DNA of 44,581 nucleotides. It comes from Reclinomonas americana ATCC 50394. Taxonomy: Eukaryota. Shown in pieces: positions 31,090 through 44,581 of this stretch (its first letter is position 1; each line of letters opens with the position of its first letter). The stretch is taken from the NCBI GenBank assembly GCA_048213135.1, contig PS015238.1, forward strand, positions 2,072 to 46,652. Reading direction: 5' to 3'. The position numbers were made by a program, and so were the translations under genes. Under the pieces are notes generated by a model. It ran no database searches and was not told where the DNA came from. It saw only the letters and a program-made list of their open reading frames with translations.

Positions 31090-34000
31090 TCACAGCTCGT
31101 CGTGCTTCCTGCGCTTCTTTGTCGCTTTCTTCTGTGGCTTCTTCTTCGTGCTGCTGCTGCTGCTGTTGCTGCTGGCGGCGGTGGCCTCTTCCTCCAAAGG
31201 CGGCGGCGGCGGCTTCGTGGTGGCTGCCCCGGCCTCGTCCTTCTTGTTGGAGCTCTTCTTGGGCGTGTCGACCGCCGCTGTCGCCGGCGCTGATTTTTGA
31301 CTGACTGGTGCTGCTGCAGCGGCTGTGGTTTCGGTGGTGCCGCGCGCCTTCTCCGCCTCCTCGAATTCGCGCACCACACGATCGTACTCGCTCCATTCGG
31401 GTGCCACGCGACGCGCCACGTCCAACTTGGCCTCCTTGGTCAGCGGGTTGTTGCACTGCGAAACACAACTCGTCAGCTCCTCAACTGCCGGCATCTTCCT
31501 ATCACCGCATAGCCACACACATACACACCAGATCAATTGTCTTGGCGCGTTCCTTGGTCTCATCCGAGCACCACGTCTCACACCACAGCCACTCTTGCGG
31601 CAGAGAGAAAATGCGCACTCCGTGCTGCGCGTAGTTGGGCAGATCCTGATCCAAGTTGGAGAGGCTGTTCGGATCCTGACTGAGGCTGTCGTAGATGGCG
31701 CGATAGTGATCGCCGGCTGCCAGCTTGCGGAAGCGGTACAGGTCAATGACAAAGAGCGCACTAATGTGGTACGGCTTGCCGCGCAGATGCTTCTCCCACT
31801 GAGACAACAGCGATGAGTCACACGCACGCACACACACACGCAAGGAGATGCTCGCCACAACGCAACGTAGCCAGCCTTCCAGAAACGGAAGCCGTCCATT
31901 TCCTTGCGCGAGTCGCAGAATGGCGTGTAGCCGATGGGTGCTCCGTTGAGGTCCATGTTGTACAACTCTGACATGTCGGCGCGCACAATCTGGTGGCACA
32001 GGGGAAAAGTCAGTCGCACGCACCACACTGAACAATGCTGGCAATGCACGACAAGCCTGATCGGCGTCCACAAAGATGATCTTGCGCAGGCTCAGCGGGA
32101 AAATGACGTCCACGAACAGCACCTTGTACCTGCACGGCATGTGTGTGAGTGCCAGAGAAAGAGCCGATTAATGTCGGTGCGCAAACGCACGCCCAGATAA
32201 TGCGCTGCTTCTCGGTCTGCTTATTAAGCCAGGTCGGCCACTTGTAGGCCACCAGCTCGTACTCGAATCCGATTTGCTCCGCATATCTTGGCAGTGAGCG
32301 CTGTGTGGACACGTGTCAGAACCATGCGGCGTCACTCACTTGCCCCCCAAGAGCGTGTGGCGTACCTTGAACTGCGGGCTCAAGAACTGCTTGAGGAACC
32401 AGAACTTGAGCGGTGATTTGGTGTGCCGACGGACAGCCATGATCATGATCTTCAGTAGCCGCTCATACAAATGACCACTGGCCACACTGAAAATGTGCAC
32501 CGTGTCGCCTGCCGAGGCACCGCCGCCACCGCCGAACATACTGTGTGTGAGGTGAGTACAAAAAAAGATAGCAGTTGGCAGATGGGATGCGCGACGACAC
32601 GCACTTGCTCAAACTGTTCCACAACCCGCTGCCACTGTCCTCGCCCTCGCTGCCGTCCGCCTGCACATCCAGCACACTTTCCGCCTCTTTGCCCGCACGC
32701 TTCTGCACCCACAGGAACAATTCATCTCCCTCAAAGTTGTCCATGAGGAACGACTGGTTGTCGGCGTGACCGCCGGTGCGATTGTTGGTGCTGAGGAAGT
32801 GCAGGTTGTTGATCTCGTAGATCTCCGATGCACGGCCTTGAAATTCAAAGAGAAGAGTGTGTGCGTTCAGTACGTCAGATATATCTGTCGCCAGACAAAG
32901 AATACCACACCTTCGGCCAGTCCGAGTGTGAACAGGCCTGGTCGACCCTTCAGCTGGAAGTAGCCATAATTCGCCATCACAATGGTGTCATCCACCAACG
33001 ACCTGTCAGCACCACCACGGAGCTCCAGCTCGAGACCACGCGGTGGAGCATTCGTCTTGTCGTAGCATTGACCTAAAAAGCACAAAGGAGTAAGAGGGAA
33101 ACTGGAACTGCGATGGAAGAGGGCAAGTACCACGCACCCGTGAGCACCATGTCCTCCAGCACAAACTCGGCACTAACGACAGATCTACTCGTGCGATACG
33201 CAAAGTGAGTGAGCGCAAAGCCGCTGCAATAACAGTGGAGCGCATCGCCCACTCACCGTGGCTGCGCAGTCAGGCGGATGTTGTCGAGGTCTTCTTCCGC
33301 AAGCACCGATTCCACCAGCCACGATTCCGGCGGCAACACATTCATGGTCAATACGTAGTGCGTGGGCAGGCCGGCAAACTCCACACGCGGAGCTGACAAG
33401 ACAATTCGGCATGCCACGGATGAGCCAGCGCACGTGCGCAATACAATGTGCAACGAAAGATAAAACGCACTCGAGTTGGAGAACGGCTCGGCCGTGATGA
33501 AGCGGTAGAAGCTGCGCAATCGCGGCGGCAGCGAGAACGACTTTTGCGAAGACAGATACACAGAAACCGCTGCGCCGGCATCGTACAGAGTCTGCGTGCG
33601 ATCCACGACTGAGTGTCTCATTGCAAGATTTCATGTTGAAATGAACAGTTAGCAACCTGCAAAAAGTTGGCCGCCTTGGCTGCAAACTGGGCCAGTGGGT
33701 CCATGACCACCTCAATGCGCACAAATGGCAGTTGGCCATTCGAGTCCAGAGAAATCGAACTGTGCGGATCCGACGAAGAGTGAGGGCGACAGCAAGATAT
33801 GCACAGTGGACGAATGGATGGCAGGCACGCAACGCTCGCTTGTCCAACCCAGGTGGCAGCTCTTCATGCGAGATCTGCTGCTGGTACTGACGGTGCACCA
33901 AGAACGACGACACGCCGAGCACAATCGACGATTGTTCCCTGCACATATCACTCTTCAGACGCGGAACTCTCATCCCCCCTCTTAATTCTCGTGCACGCAA

Positions 34001-37000
34001 CCGTGAGCTTCGCGAGTTCCACGAATCGTCCAAACGGATCATGTCATACACAGGTCGCAGACGCTCATCGTGCTCCTTGCGGTGCAGCAGGTGCCAGTCG
34101 TCGACGGCGAACAGCCCATACGAGGGGAATCGCACCATCTACCACAACAAGCGAGAGTGAGATCAAGCACCTCACAGCACGGCGCATAGCTGACGAAACT
34201 CGTCCATTGACAATGATCGCCGCTTGGCTGTTGGTCTGGTCACGGAAGAAGGCAGACACGGCACTGAACTCCTTCTGGAAGGAGTGGTACTCGGATTCGA
34301 GAATCGCGCGTTCGCCAGCTGCGCACATATCAGCAACAGTCATGAAAAAGGACACTGCATGAAACGCGCACCGTCCGTCAGCACACGATTCACACGGTCA
34401 GCCATGCACTGGTCTGGCACCGGATCGTCCTTGGTCACCGACAGCGCGAAATCGCTTCCGAGCACATCCAGTCCCTCGGCACCAACACGAACATGCTTCT
34501 CCGCGTGCGCCAACTGCACTCGCAGTTTGCGCAACAGATCGAGTCGCTCGTGGCGCGACAGATCGTCCTGTCCGCATCGTGCATCGGAACCCACGAGAAT
34601 GGTGTGCGTCAGCATGGCAATCGCCGGGTTCTGCAGGCACAAGTACATGGTCGGTTCTCCCGACGTCGTGCGCTGAGAAGACTTCTACACACACCTGCGG
34701 AGGCAGGTACACAAAGGAGAGGTTCACGATCGAGTGCGGAGCCCGGGTCTGCATGCACCACCAACAAAAATGTGCGTCAAACAACAATGCGCGCTGAGTG
34801 CAGAACATCACCGACAGCCAGCACTCACAAGGAACTCCAGGCCATCGATGACCATGGTGAGACCGTCGACAGTCGACGGGTCGAAGAGCACCACGGTGGT
34901 CACCGGCACGCGCGACTTTGACTGTGTGCGGGACACAAAGTAGCTCGACGCCTGCGGCAAGCGCGACAGTTCGCCCATCACTGGCGACGATGGCACCGCA
35001 ATCGGCAGCGACACAAACTCGAGGCCAGCGGTCACTGCCAGACTCAGCTTCTGCACTCGTGCACACATTACAGCGCTCGTCAGCGCAAGGGAGAACAAGG
35101 TGCTCACACCTCTATCATACCACCCACCTTGACTGCACTGGACGTGAGGTAAGAGTACACGTTGGTGGAATCATTGATGGCTCCCTCCAGCAGCTTGCCA
35201 ATCAGCAGTCGGTTCTCGCTGGTGACACCAGCAGCAAACAGGTACGCCTCAGGCTGCATGTGAATGTGGGTGTGTGCGTGTCAGACAACACTCAATGTCA
35301 CCCTGATGAAGACGCAGAAAGGAAGATTGCAAACCGACGGATAGTTGATGTGAATTCCGTTCAGCAGCATCACGCACGAGGCGGAGGCGAGGCCGCGGTT
35401 CACTGCAAACTCGTTCGTACGCACAATCGAGCGGACGTAGGAGCCCGACGACAGGATCTCCATCGCGTCAGACCTGGAAGGTCATTAACTCAGACAAGCA
35501 ATGTAAAGAAGTGAACAGGCATCGCTGTCACCACACGCAACTTGGTCGCTTCTCCATGTTGCGGGTGCGCAGCATTCGCCGTCAGCACGGCGTCGTACGC
35601 GTCAAGCACCATGTCCATGGAGAGCGGCAGCTCGACGTTGGCGTTAGCCTGCTCTTGCCACACCACAAAAGCACGATAGTAGAAGAGCAAGCTGGCCGGC
35701 GCACCAAAGTGCTTTCGCACGTGACGGAAGAGTGCATTCAGTGCATACGATACCGACGCTTTGGTGTCGAACGTAAAGGCTAACAATGCACACGCGCACA
35801 CACACAATGAGAGTCACACAAGTAAGAAACAGAGTGCTATCTGGCAAACAGACCTTGCGTGGACACGCTGTCATCATCACCGCCTTCGTCATCGCTACCA
35901 CGAGTGGCCACGCTGCACAAGAACAGTGAGTCACTTTTTGTCGGCGATAGTGGCGTCGATATGGATCGCAGACCTGATGCGTTGCTGCGTCTTGAAAGTG
36001 ACGTACTCGTCGATATCGCCCATGGACACGAGCATTATGCGGACAGGTGCACGCTGGCTGAGCATCATGTACAACGATGCCGCCGTCCGCAAGTCACTCA
36101 CACTGCACGAGTCGCGCCAAGTAAGACGACACTGGAAGAGAAGAAGAAGAAGAAGAAGGGAAATGAGTGCAGCACCGTCCCGGATCCACGGCAGTCACCA
36201 CTGTGTACAGATTACGCGCAATCGGTGTCACGCGGCCTGGATACTGCGGCTTCAGCATCTGGTCGTAGATTGAAGAAGCGCGTCAGTGTTGGAGGACGAT
36301 TCAGAACAACAGCACCACGCTCACCTCCTTCAGTGTCTTCGGCCAGCGAGCGTAAGTCTGATCGGTCTCCAGGTCGTTGATCGTCACAATCACACCCATC
36401 GGTGCATCAGTCACCACATCAACACGAGGACTCTGTTCTTGCACATGAGCCACACGTCGGCACGACGATACGTACTGAGAGGTGCACACACCGGCGAGGA
36501 GAATTTGATGGCCAGCAGCTTGCCGACCACTGCATGCTGCAAGCCGAGTGAAGCCAGCGCCGACCCCGCACCGTGCTCCTCCTTGACAATGCGGAGCGCG
36601 CTGCCGAGCGCACACAATCAACCACAGCGACCAGAACAGAAAGACAAGTGTGATAGGAAGAGGGTACCTGAAAATGCTGGCCACCTCCATGCGAATCGGG
36701 CGCCCGTTGATGTAGAAGCGAATCTCTGTCGAACGACCAAGGTGAGCAAAGGAAAAAGAACAGCAAGTGAATTCACCCACCTTGCGAGGGATCAGCCGGG
36801 GCATTCTGACGCAGAGCATTGGCGACCTTCGACTTGGCGATCTTCGGCATGCGCTTCAGCTGCGGTGCCAGCGCCGGCCAATTCTCCGTCACGTGTCGCA
36901 GCGTGGCGAGCGGGCTCGGGCTGTTGAGCACCACGGCACTGCCACGCATACCCACCGTGGCAACATCGACCTCCTCCCACTTGTGCAACTCGGCCTCCGC

Positions 37001-38393
37001 TGGCGTCAACTCGCACGAAGGCACACTGTCGGCATCGACGCCAGCCTCCGCCAACACGGCCTTGGTCAATTCATACTGGCAGTCCACGGCTGCGAGGGGA
37101 GACAACAGACGGGAAGTGAGCTAGTGACAATCAGTGTCGGGTGAGAAACAGGTCAACTGCGCAACTGTCGTCGGAGCCGGCCTTGCCACTGGCGTTCAGC
37201 GCGCTGTACTCGGTGCTCTTGACCTGCAACTCAACACCGTAGCCAGTGAGCGGCTGCGGCGATGCGGTGCTTCCGGAAGCCGTCGGGGCAAATGGTCGCC
37301 ACACATAGCGAACCGATCCATCGACAGCGCGCCTGTGTGCGCACGAGTGAGCTTCCCCACAGCAAACCACCGGCAGCGCATCATCCTACGCAACTGTCGC
37401 AGCGCAAAGTGCAGTGGGAGGAAGGCGTCGGTCTCGGGCGTTCCGTACAGCACCGCCAGCGGCAACTTGTCACCGGGTGTGCCAAATACGAAACCGGCCT
37501 CCATGCGAGTCACCAGCAACCCGCTGCACGAGCGCAGTGAGAAAGAGAGGAAGCGGAGAACAGCAAGTGGCAGCTGCTTGCAAGACGCAACAGACGCTCG
37601 CTGTCTGTGGAGGTCGCGGCAGGCGTGTTCTTCTGCAACTGGTCGGCACTGACAAACGCCGACGATCCCACCACGACAAACGTGCTGGTCTCTGATACAC
37701 GCCTCGCTCAACAACAAGAATGCAAACCGCAAAGCAGCAGCAGCGGACGCAACCTTCAGGCAAGCCAAACAAGCGCAAGACCTCGCGTGTCGACTCACGA
37801 AACATCTCCACACGTGGCGATTTCTCATGCAGCTGCAACGAGAATTGCAGCAAGGCCGACGAGAAGGCCTGTCGCACACACGCGCGCACACGCACACAGA
37901 GTGAGTGAGAGTCCATGTGCGCACGCTTGTGTCACTGTCACGCAACAGGCTCATTGCCGAACAAGTCCGCACAAAAGCCGACAGTGTCTTCCGCGCTCCA
38001 TTGCACGCGCTCTGCACTGGCAAGCTTGGCGCGTGTCTCCACCAGAGGCCACACCAAGTCGGGGTTCATGTCACCAAGAAACTCGCTGTGTGTGTGTGCA
38101 TTGCGTGAGTGTGCGAGAGCGTGTCCAGTGTGCGTCACGTGCACTCACCATGCCTCCAGAAAGGCAGGCGTGCGAGTCCACTTGGCCACAAGACCGACAC
38201 TGACATCGACAGGAAGCGCGGGCGGTGGTGCTCCGGAGAGAGCGGAGGCGGAGCGCGAGTTGTCGTCATCACTCTCTTCTGTCACGGTGAACACCTCCTC
38301 CGAGACCACTGGCGCCTCATTGCACGTACACAGCAGTGCGGTGGCGATGCTGAGCAGTGCAAGAGCAAGAAGCAGAACTGCGGGAGACCGCAT
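31090..38393 (-). CDS. UGGT: UDP-glucose:glycoprotein glucosyltransferase
   Basis: Signal peptide, [99 protein letters not shown], and C-terminal HDEL. Confidence 0.97.
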
Positions 38394-38441
38394 TCGTTGT
38401 TCTCCGTCGAAAGACGACAGACTGACTGACTTGAGAGGACA

Positions 38442-41152
38442 TCATTCACTGCTTTCGAGAAGCCAAAGGCCCAGCGACTGCATGGTCTGACGTTTCGGTG
38501 GCAGTGTGCCGGCAACGTGAACGATGGCCGGCGAACCTGCATCCCACATGCCTCGGTCGACGACGTCTGGGGTCTTCCAGCTGAGCGTCTCGAAGCCCAT
38601 GGTGACACCGGCCTGCGACACGTCGAGCCAGTCGAAGACAAGGCGGTCGAGACGCACGTGGTATTCGACCAGCAGATTGAGTATGAGCTGCTCGGCGTGC
38701 GTCGACCAGTGCATGTCCAGCAGGCCGAGGAGGTGCGTCAGAAGCCGCAAGGAGTACGCAGTTGGTCGAATGGTGAAGACACCGGCGTTCAACGCGAAGA
38801 AGCGCTGGTTTTCGGCACACGTGCGTGTGACCTGCATCGCGCGCCATGATGGGCGTATGCAGGGTAGAGTGGCAACGGAAGAGATCACACGCACCCACGG
38901 GTCGCTGTGAAGGCTGTTGAGCGGTGCATACGCCCAGGGTGCACGTCGGCGTTGATGCGACGGGGTGTGGAGGAGGGCGGTGAAATCGATCCGATAGTTA
39001 TGCAAGTCGGCCAGCACCAGCAGGTCGGGTGCGGTCACGTTGTCAGCGTCGGCGAGCTGCGGCATGTGTGCCAAGTGACTGACAAACACGGCGTCGACGT
39101 CGGCGTAGAATGGTCGGTAGCCGCAGCGAATCATGAGGTAGGCGTAGAGCCAGCGCGTGTTGACCACGTTGGGAAAACGGAGCGGTACGTCGCCGCGGCC
39201 ACCAACACCGCCGGACCTGCAATGCACGGATCTCAGCCGACAGCTAAAACAACGACATGACAGTCTCTTCTTCCTCTTCTTTGCACGCGGACAAACCATC
39301 CGTAGTCGTCGAGATATGCAGCCGCCTCCCGGTCGGGGCCAAGGATGCTCTTGACGATACGCAGTGTGACTTCGTCTTCGCACACCACCAGCGGCAGCAC
39401 AGCGTCGCCGTGGAACTTCCAAAAGTGGAGCAGCCAGTTGCGCAGCATGAGAGCCCAGTCGCCACCATTGTCATCGTCGTCCGACAACTTGACCGCAGTG
39501 AACACGACAACCGTGTCGCCGCCACCGTCGGGACGAGCCGACAGTGAGAAGGGGTGTGCGGCAAGATGCTGTGCCAGGCGGCGCAGCTTGGACCGGTCTT
39601 CCCGCAGCACTGACCCCTCCACGAACAACGACGAGGGTGCAGGCGCCTGCACATTGCCGACAGCCACCTCGGCCTCCAGCAGCGCCCTCCGCTGCGTGAG
39701 CACTCGCCACAAGTGCTCCTCCAGTCCGCGGCACAACGCGTCCGGATAGAATCCTACGCGGAAGCCAGCAGCCTCATACTCTGGCGTCAAGAGCAGCTGG
39801 CGGTGCGGTTCCTCCAGATCAGGGAGTGGAGGTGCCAGAAGCCACTTGCTGCGCTCCACAAACACGCGCCCATGGAACGGACAGTCTGCGACCGCAGCGG
39901 AAAAGGAAGTCACGAACTTTCCGACTGCAAAGCACATTGGAATAACAGACCAGCGGTGCCCCTGAGCAGGCAGACGAGATCGACACCTGCGGCTGAACTC
40001 TGCAGCGACTTGATTGTGAGCTCCCTCCCGTATCGCCACTCGGCAAACACCGGCCGCGGAAGGTCACTGGTTTCTGGATCATCGACAGGCAGTGGAAGGA
40101 TTGGAGCGCTCGCGTCCACCAGCTCCGGTGGCGGTGGTGGTGGTGACTGGTACCAGAGTGATGGTCGCTGCACGAAAACAACACTTGAGACGGAACGCTT
40201 CGTTCTTCCTCTCAGACCCCAGTTCACGCAACCACTGGCATGAGCACGCGAAAGTCGCAGACAAACTTTCTCAACGCCACCACATCGGGATCGGCGCTCA
40301 CAAGGCTCGTCCACGCGGCCTGCATGGCGGCCGGAAGCGACGACACTGGCAAGCCCCGACGATGGATGAAATCGAGCACTGCACGAAAGACAACAGGTGA
40401 GGCATGCAGCACAAACGCTGCAAGCTCCGCATCCAGCAGTGCGTACCCCCTTCGCGCACAGTCTTCACACTCTCGAGCAACACCTCGAACTGCTGCCCGC
40501 CCACAGTCAGCATAACACCGCGAATGTCGCCGGGAATGGCATCACGCGGTGCGTCCGACAGCAGCTCCCTCTCGTTCTCCCCCGCATACATGAACCCGCA
40601 GCCAATGGCCACTGCTCGCTTCCGCTATCATCGTCGTCAGCAGAGCACGGAGTGAGCACGAGGAACTCGCAGTACAAGAGGACGGACCATCGCATGCGCG
40701 CACACATCCTGCAGCAGTTGCGTCCGCACGGGTGAGTCGGCGAGCCACGGCGTGCTGGATCCGTGTGCACGATGCAGAAAGTCGTCCACTGCCACCAACA
40801 CCAATCATCATCCTCATCATCATGTGATCACATGCACGCAATGCACTCTCCTCCGACCTGCTTCACCAAGTGTCGAGTGACCAGTGAGTTGCAGACTACT
40901 GACACTACCGGAGGCGGTTAACGACAAGGCGGCGGAAGACAGGCTGGCCACACGCCAGTGCATGCTGCTACTGCCGTCGTTGCTGTCGGCTCGAGGCAGC
41001 ACAGTCACCTGGTGAATGCCGGCTTGCAAGAACGGCTGCACGGGTACGCTGCTCATCAGCGACACCGGTGGCAACGTGCAGAGTGTGCAGTGCGCCAGGC
41101 ATAGCACAAGCAACAGTGACGGCAGCAGCACAGAGGCTGCTTGTCGCCCCAT
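38442..41152 (-). CDS. Secretory-pathway nucleotide-diphospho-sugar transferase (GT77-like), paralog A
   Basis: Signal peptide MGRQAASVLLPSLLLVLCL, MLRNWLLHF, GYRPFYADVDAVF (DxD), LNAGVFTIRPT, EQLILN, IVHVAG, and K...MQSLGLW. Confidence 0.75.
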
Positions 41153-41249
41153 CTTGTTGTATTGACACAAAGCAAAACGAAAATGCGATGATAGTTCGAG
41201 CGTTCTTCCGTCGCTCCACCAACCACAAGCACCATTCGCCACGTCTACA

Positions 41250-44233
41250 TTATGCCGCAAAAGTCGCCTCAAACTCCTCTTCATCAACCATCCACATGCC
41301 CAGCTCGAACATGCGGCCGATCTTGCCAATGGCCATGGCTGTCACATGGACCTGTGTGATGCAGAGCACGCATGAGTTGCATTCATGTCGACAGACTGCC
41401 GTCTCAGAACAACTCACCACTCCGATAGAGCCTGCTTCGTGGATCCGCGGTGCACTGCCGTCCTTATTGTAGCCGGCTCGCATCATCAGCAATCCCTGCG
41501 CAGTGTTCACTTGCCACAGGTCGAACCAGTCAAAGAGCAGACGCCCCAGCCGCGTGTGATAATCGAGCAGCAGCTGAAGGAGCAGCTGCTCGTTATACTC
41601 GGACCAGTGCTGATCCAACAGACCGAGCAGGTGCGCGACCAATCGCAGCGAGTATGGCGTCGGGCGCACGCTGAACACGCCGACGTTGATGGGAAGGTAG
41701 CGCGAATGCTCGGCACACGTCAGCGTCACCTGTCGTACGCAGTCACTCAGCACGGAAGACACATACAATAGTGTGTGAAGGCACACGACATCGACTCACC
41801 CACGGCTTTGGCATCAGCGCAGATGACAGTGCAAACTCCCACGGCGACCATCGCCGCTGCGTGGACGGAGTCTCCAACACCGAGGTCACATTCGTCTCGA
41901 ACAAAAAGTAGTCGTATTGCAGAAGAATGTCGGGTGCGGAGCGATCGTCGGCCTCGCCCATTTGCTGCAGGTGGCGCATGTGGCTCATGAACAGTGCATC
42001 CACATCGGTGTGCATCGGTCGATATCCGCAGCGCAGCAGCAGATACGTGTACAACCACTTGAGGTTGATGGCCGCACCGGGGAACCGCATGGGTACGGCG
42101 CCCTTGTCTCGTTGCCTGCGCACAAACGCAGGGGAGAATCAATATCACCCATGCATCCAAACAGACCACAAACGCGCAACGCCGTACCAGCCATACTCGT
42201 CGAGGAACGCCGCAGCAGCGCGCTTCGGACCCAACAGCTGCTGCACCATATAGTACGCGGCCGGCGTCTCGCACACGATGAGCGGCAGTGCTTCGTCACC
42301 ATGGAACTTCCAAAAGTGCAGCAGCCAGTTCTGCAACATGCGCAACCACTCGACACCCGATTCGCGGGTCAGCACAAACACGGTGAAGACAACCACTCGA
42401 TCGCCCGTGTTCTCATCCACGGTCACGGCGAAAGGGTGTGCCTGCAGATGCGCGGCCAGGCGCTGCAGCTGCACCGTGTTCTCCACGAATCGAGAACCAC
42501 GCGGGAAGAGACTGGAGGGCGCCGGTGCACGGGGATTGCCGATCGCCGCCGCCGCCTCAGCAATCGGTCGCATTTCTGTCAACACACGCCACAGGTGCTC
42601 CTCCAGCTCACGACAAAAGTCAGCCGGCAGCAACTCAACGCGCCGAGCCACCGGGTCTATTGTGGGAAGCGGCGCTCGCGCCACGATATTCTGCAGGTCC
42701 GGCAGCGGCGGTAGCTGCATACGTTGACTGCGTTCCACAAAGCCGGGGCCGAGGTACGAACACTCATCGTCGTCTGCAAGTTCAGAGATTAAGAAGCGCC
42801 TTCTCTGCAGCCAGCACCGCCGCACGGAACACACGTACCGGCTCCGGAGGGAGTGAGCAGACACATCATGGTGTGGATTGGGAGTCCGTTGCCGGCCAGC
42901 GTGCGTCGGACCAGCTCTCGCCCGTACGCCCACTCGGCGAACAGTGCACGCTGGTACGCATCCTCCGCAGGCGGCGACGATAGGGGCACAGATGTGGATT
43001 CTGGTCGCTGTGATGGCAGCTGGAACCAACCGGGAGGGCGCTGTGGAGTAGCAACAGAGAGCGCATCAGCAGGTGGGTTGCATAGCAACGTTGCGAACGC
43101 AGCACGAGCGACACGCAACAGCTCTCAAGTACAGCAGACAGTCGCAGACATAGTCGCGCGTGTACTGCTGTTGGTAATCGCGCTGCACCACACAACACAC
43201 ACACACACACGTGAGAGTGAGCATCGGTGGGTGACTTCAATCGAGGAGCAGCAGCAAGACCTCGATGTGTGCCAACCACACTCCGTACATGATGCTCCTA
43301 ACATCTTCCGGATCGCTGTATCGGGCCATCACTGCGCAGCATCATGCCAGTCAGTGGAGGAGGATTTCGTGGCACCCCCGGGCCCAACCCACGATTGAAC
43401 GCACCAATGTCACGCAATGACCGATACTCTGGCTTGATCTCAAGCTCAATGATCTCGTCCGGGAGCGCGCCCCTTCGAATAAGCTCGCCTTGGACGGTGA
43501 GCACACGACTCAGACCACGTACAATCACTCCCGGCAGCGGCGTATCAAAGGCATAGTCGGCATCACCGAGGTCGTATGCGCAGCCGGTTCGCACCACACG
43601 CTCACGCTGCACCTCACTCTTGTCACGAACACGATGCACATCGACGAAACGTGAGAGGCTTTCCGCACACCTCAATGTGCACCGCGATCTGCTCGAGAAG
43701 CTCCGCAGTGACGCCCTCCGCAGCGAACGCCTTGACTGTTGTCGCCACTCAGTTTGCCTCACAGGCACAAGAGGAAAAAAAGAAGAGTGACGCTCACCTG
43801 CATCGCCCAACGTCTCATGTGCATCCAGCGAGAGCAACGAGTCGCATTGCAGACCAGACTGCTCGTTGCCTGCATACACGCTCCACTCGGAATGGCCTTC
43901 TGCCATCACCACCAGCGGCTCTGCAGTCGCCGCAGTTGACATCAGCAGTGGCGCCGACGCATTGTTCCTGTGCGTGCCAGCGGGAGCACACATGCGCACT
44001 GAATGCACACCAGCGAGTCGGTATGGCGCCAGACGCACTTGGGCGGCCGACGATGCAAACAGTGGACCGCGCAGAGGCACATAGGAAATGCGACCGAGGT
44101 GAGTCGAGTAGTCGACTGATGGTGGCGCTGATTCGTTACTTTGTGCGAGTGAGGGAGCGGTGGTGAGGAGGAGAAGGAGAGCGAGGAGAGCGAGGAGAAA
44201 AGAGCCGGTTTGCCATGGTCGGCGCATTGGCAT
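41250..44233 (-). CDS. Secretory-pathway nucleotide-diphospho-sugar transferase (GT77-like), paralog B
   Basis: Signal peptide (FLLALLALLLLLTTAPSLA), MLQNWLLHFWKFHGD, GYRPMHTDVDALF, INVGVFSVRPT, EQLLLQ, and KIGRMFELGMW. Clearly homologous to paralog A. Confidence 0.75.
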
Positions 44234-44581
44234 TGATAACAAAATTGGAGGATTCAAGGACGCTGCGGACGTCGGCTGCACTGAAGGGGGCGAGGTGAGT
44301 GCAGTGGATGTAGGTATTGGGGGTATCGCCCGCTACGAGATGATACCATTTGTGAAGAGTCTGCAGAGTGCGAGGACGTCGCGTTGGATGTCTTTCACTG
44401 TCGACTGTGGCGTACTACGACGGTCCGAGCATCTTCTCTGGTCGCACCCATTCCTGCAGCACGACGGATTGTCTTTTGCGATGAGGAACACACGAAGATT
44501 GGAGACGTCATGAGTGGAAACGAAACATCGAACTGCTCCGCCGTCAGCAACGACAGCGCGAGGCAGGCCTCTTTAAGCGAT

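Noticed and set aside
44340-44581. Possible start of another gene at the window end
   Set aside because: Too short and truncated, with no recognisable motif.

Overview
Gene-dense, intron-rich eukaryotic (protist-like) genomic scaffold with several N gaps; the organism cannot be named from the sequence. About 12 spliced protein genes are visible: a TPR+PH protein, a fatty-acid hydroxylase, a Rho-family GTPase, a very large TPR protein, a probable complex III subunit QCR10, an IQ-motif protein, Rab geranylgeranyltransferase alpha, cysteinyl-tRNA synthetase with a fused EMAPII-like domain (one internal contig is inverted by the assembly), a SET-domain protein, UGGT and two tandem nucleotide-sugar transferases. 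The main finding lies in a 2.7-kb intron of RABGGTA (19550-22292): a tandem array of six tRNA genes that share one near-identical 71-nt body but carry five different anticodons from two amino-acid families (Arg CCG, ACG, TCG; Pro CGG, AGG, CGG). The spacers between them have diverged, and positions 37 and 44-48 co-vary with the anticodon class. A second window-wide signal is frequent use of +1-shifted 5' splice sites (GTTGCGT/GTTGAGT).
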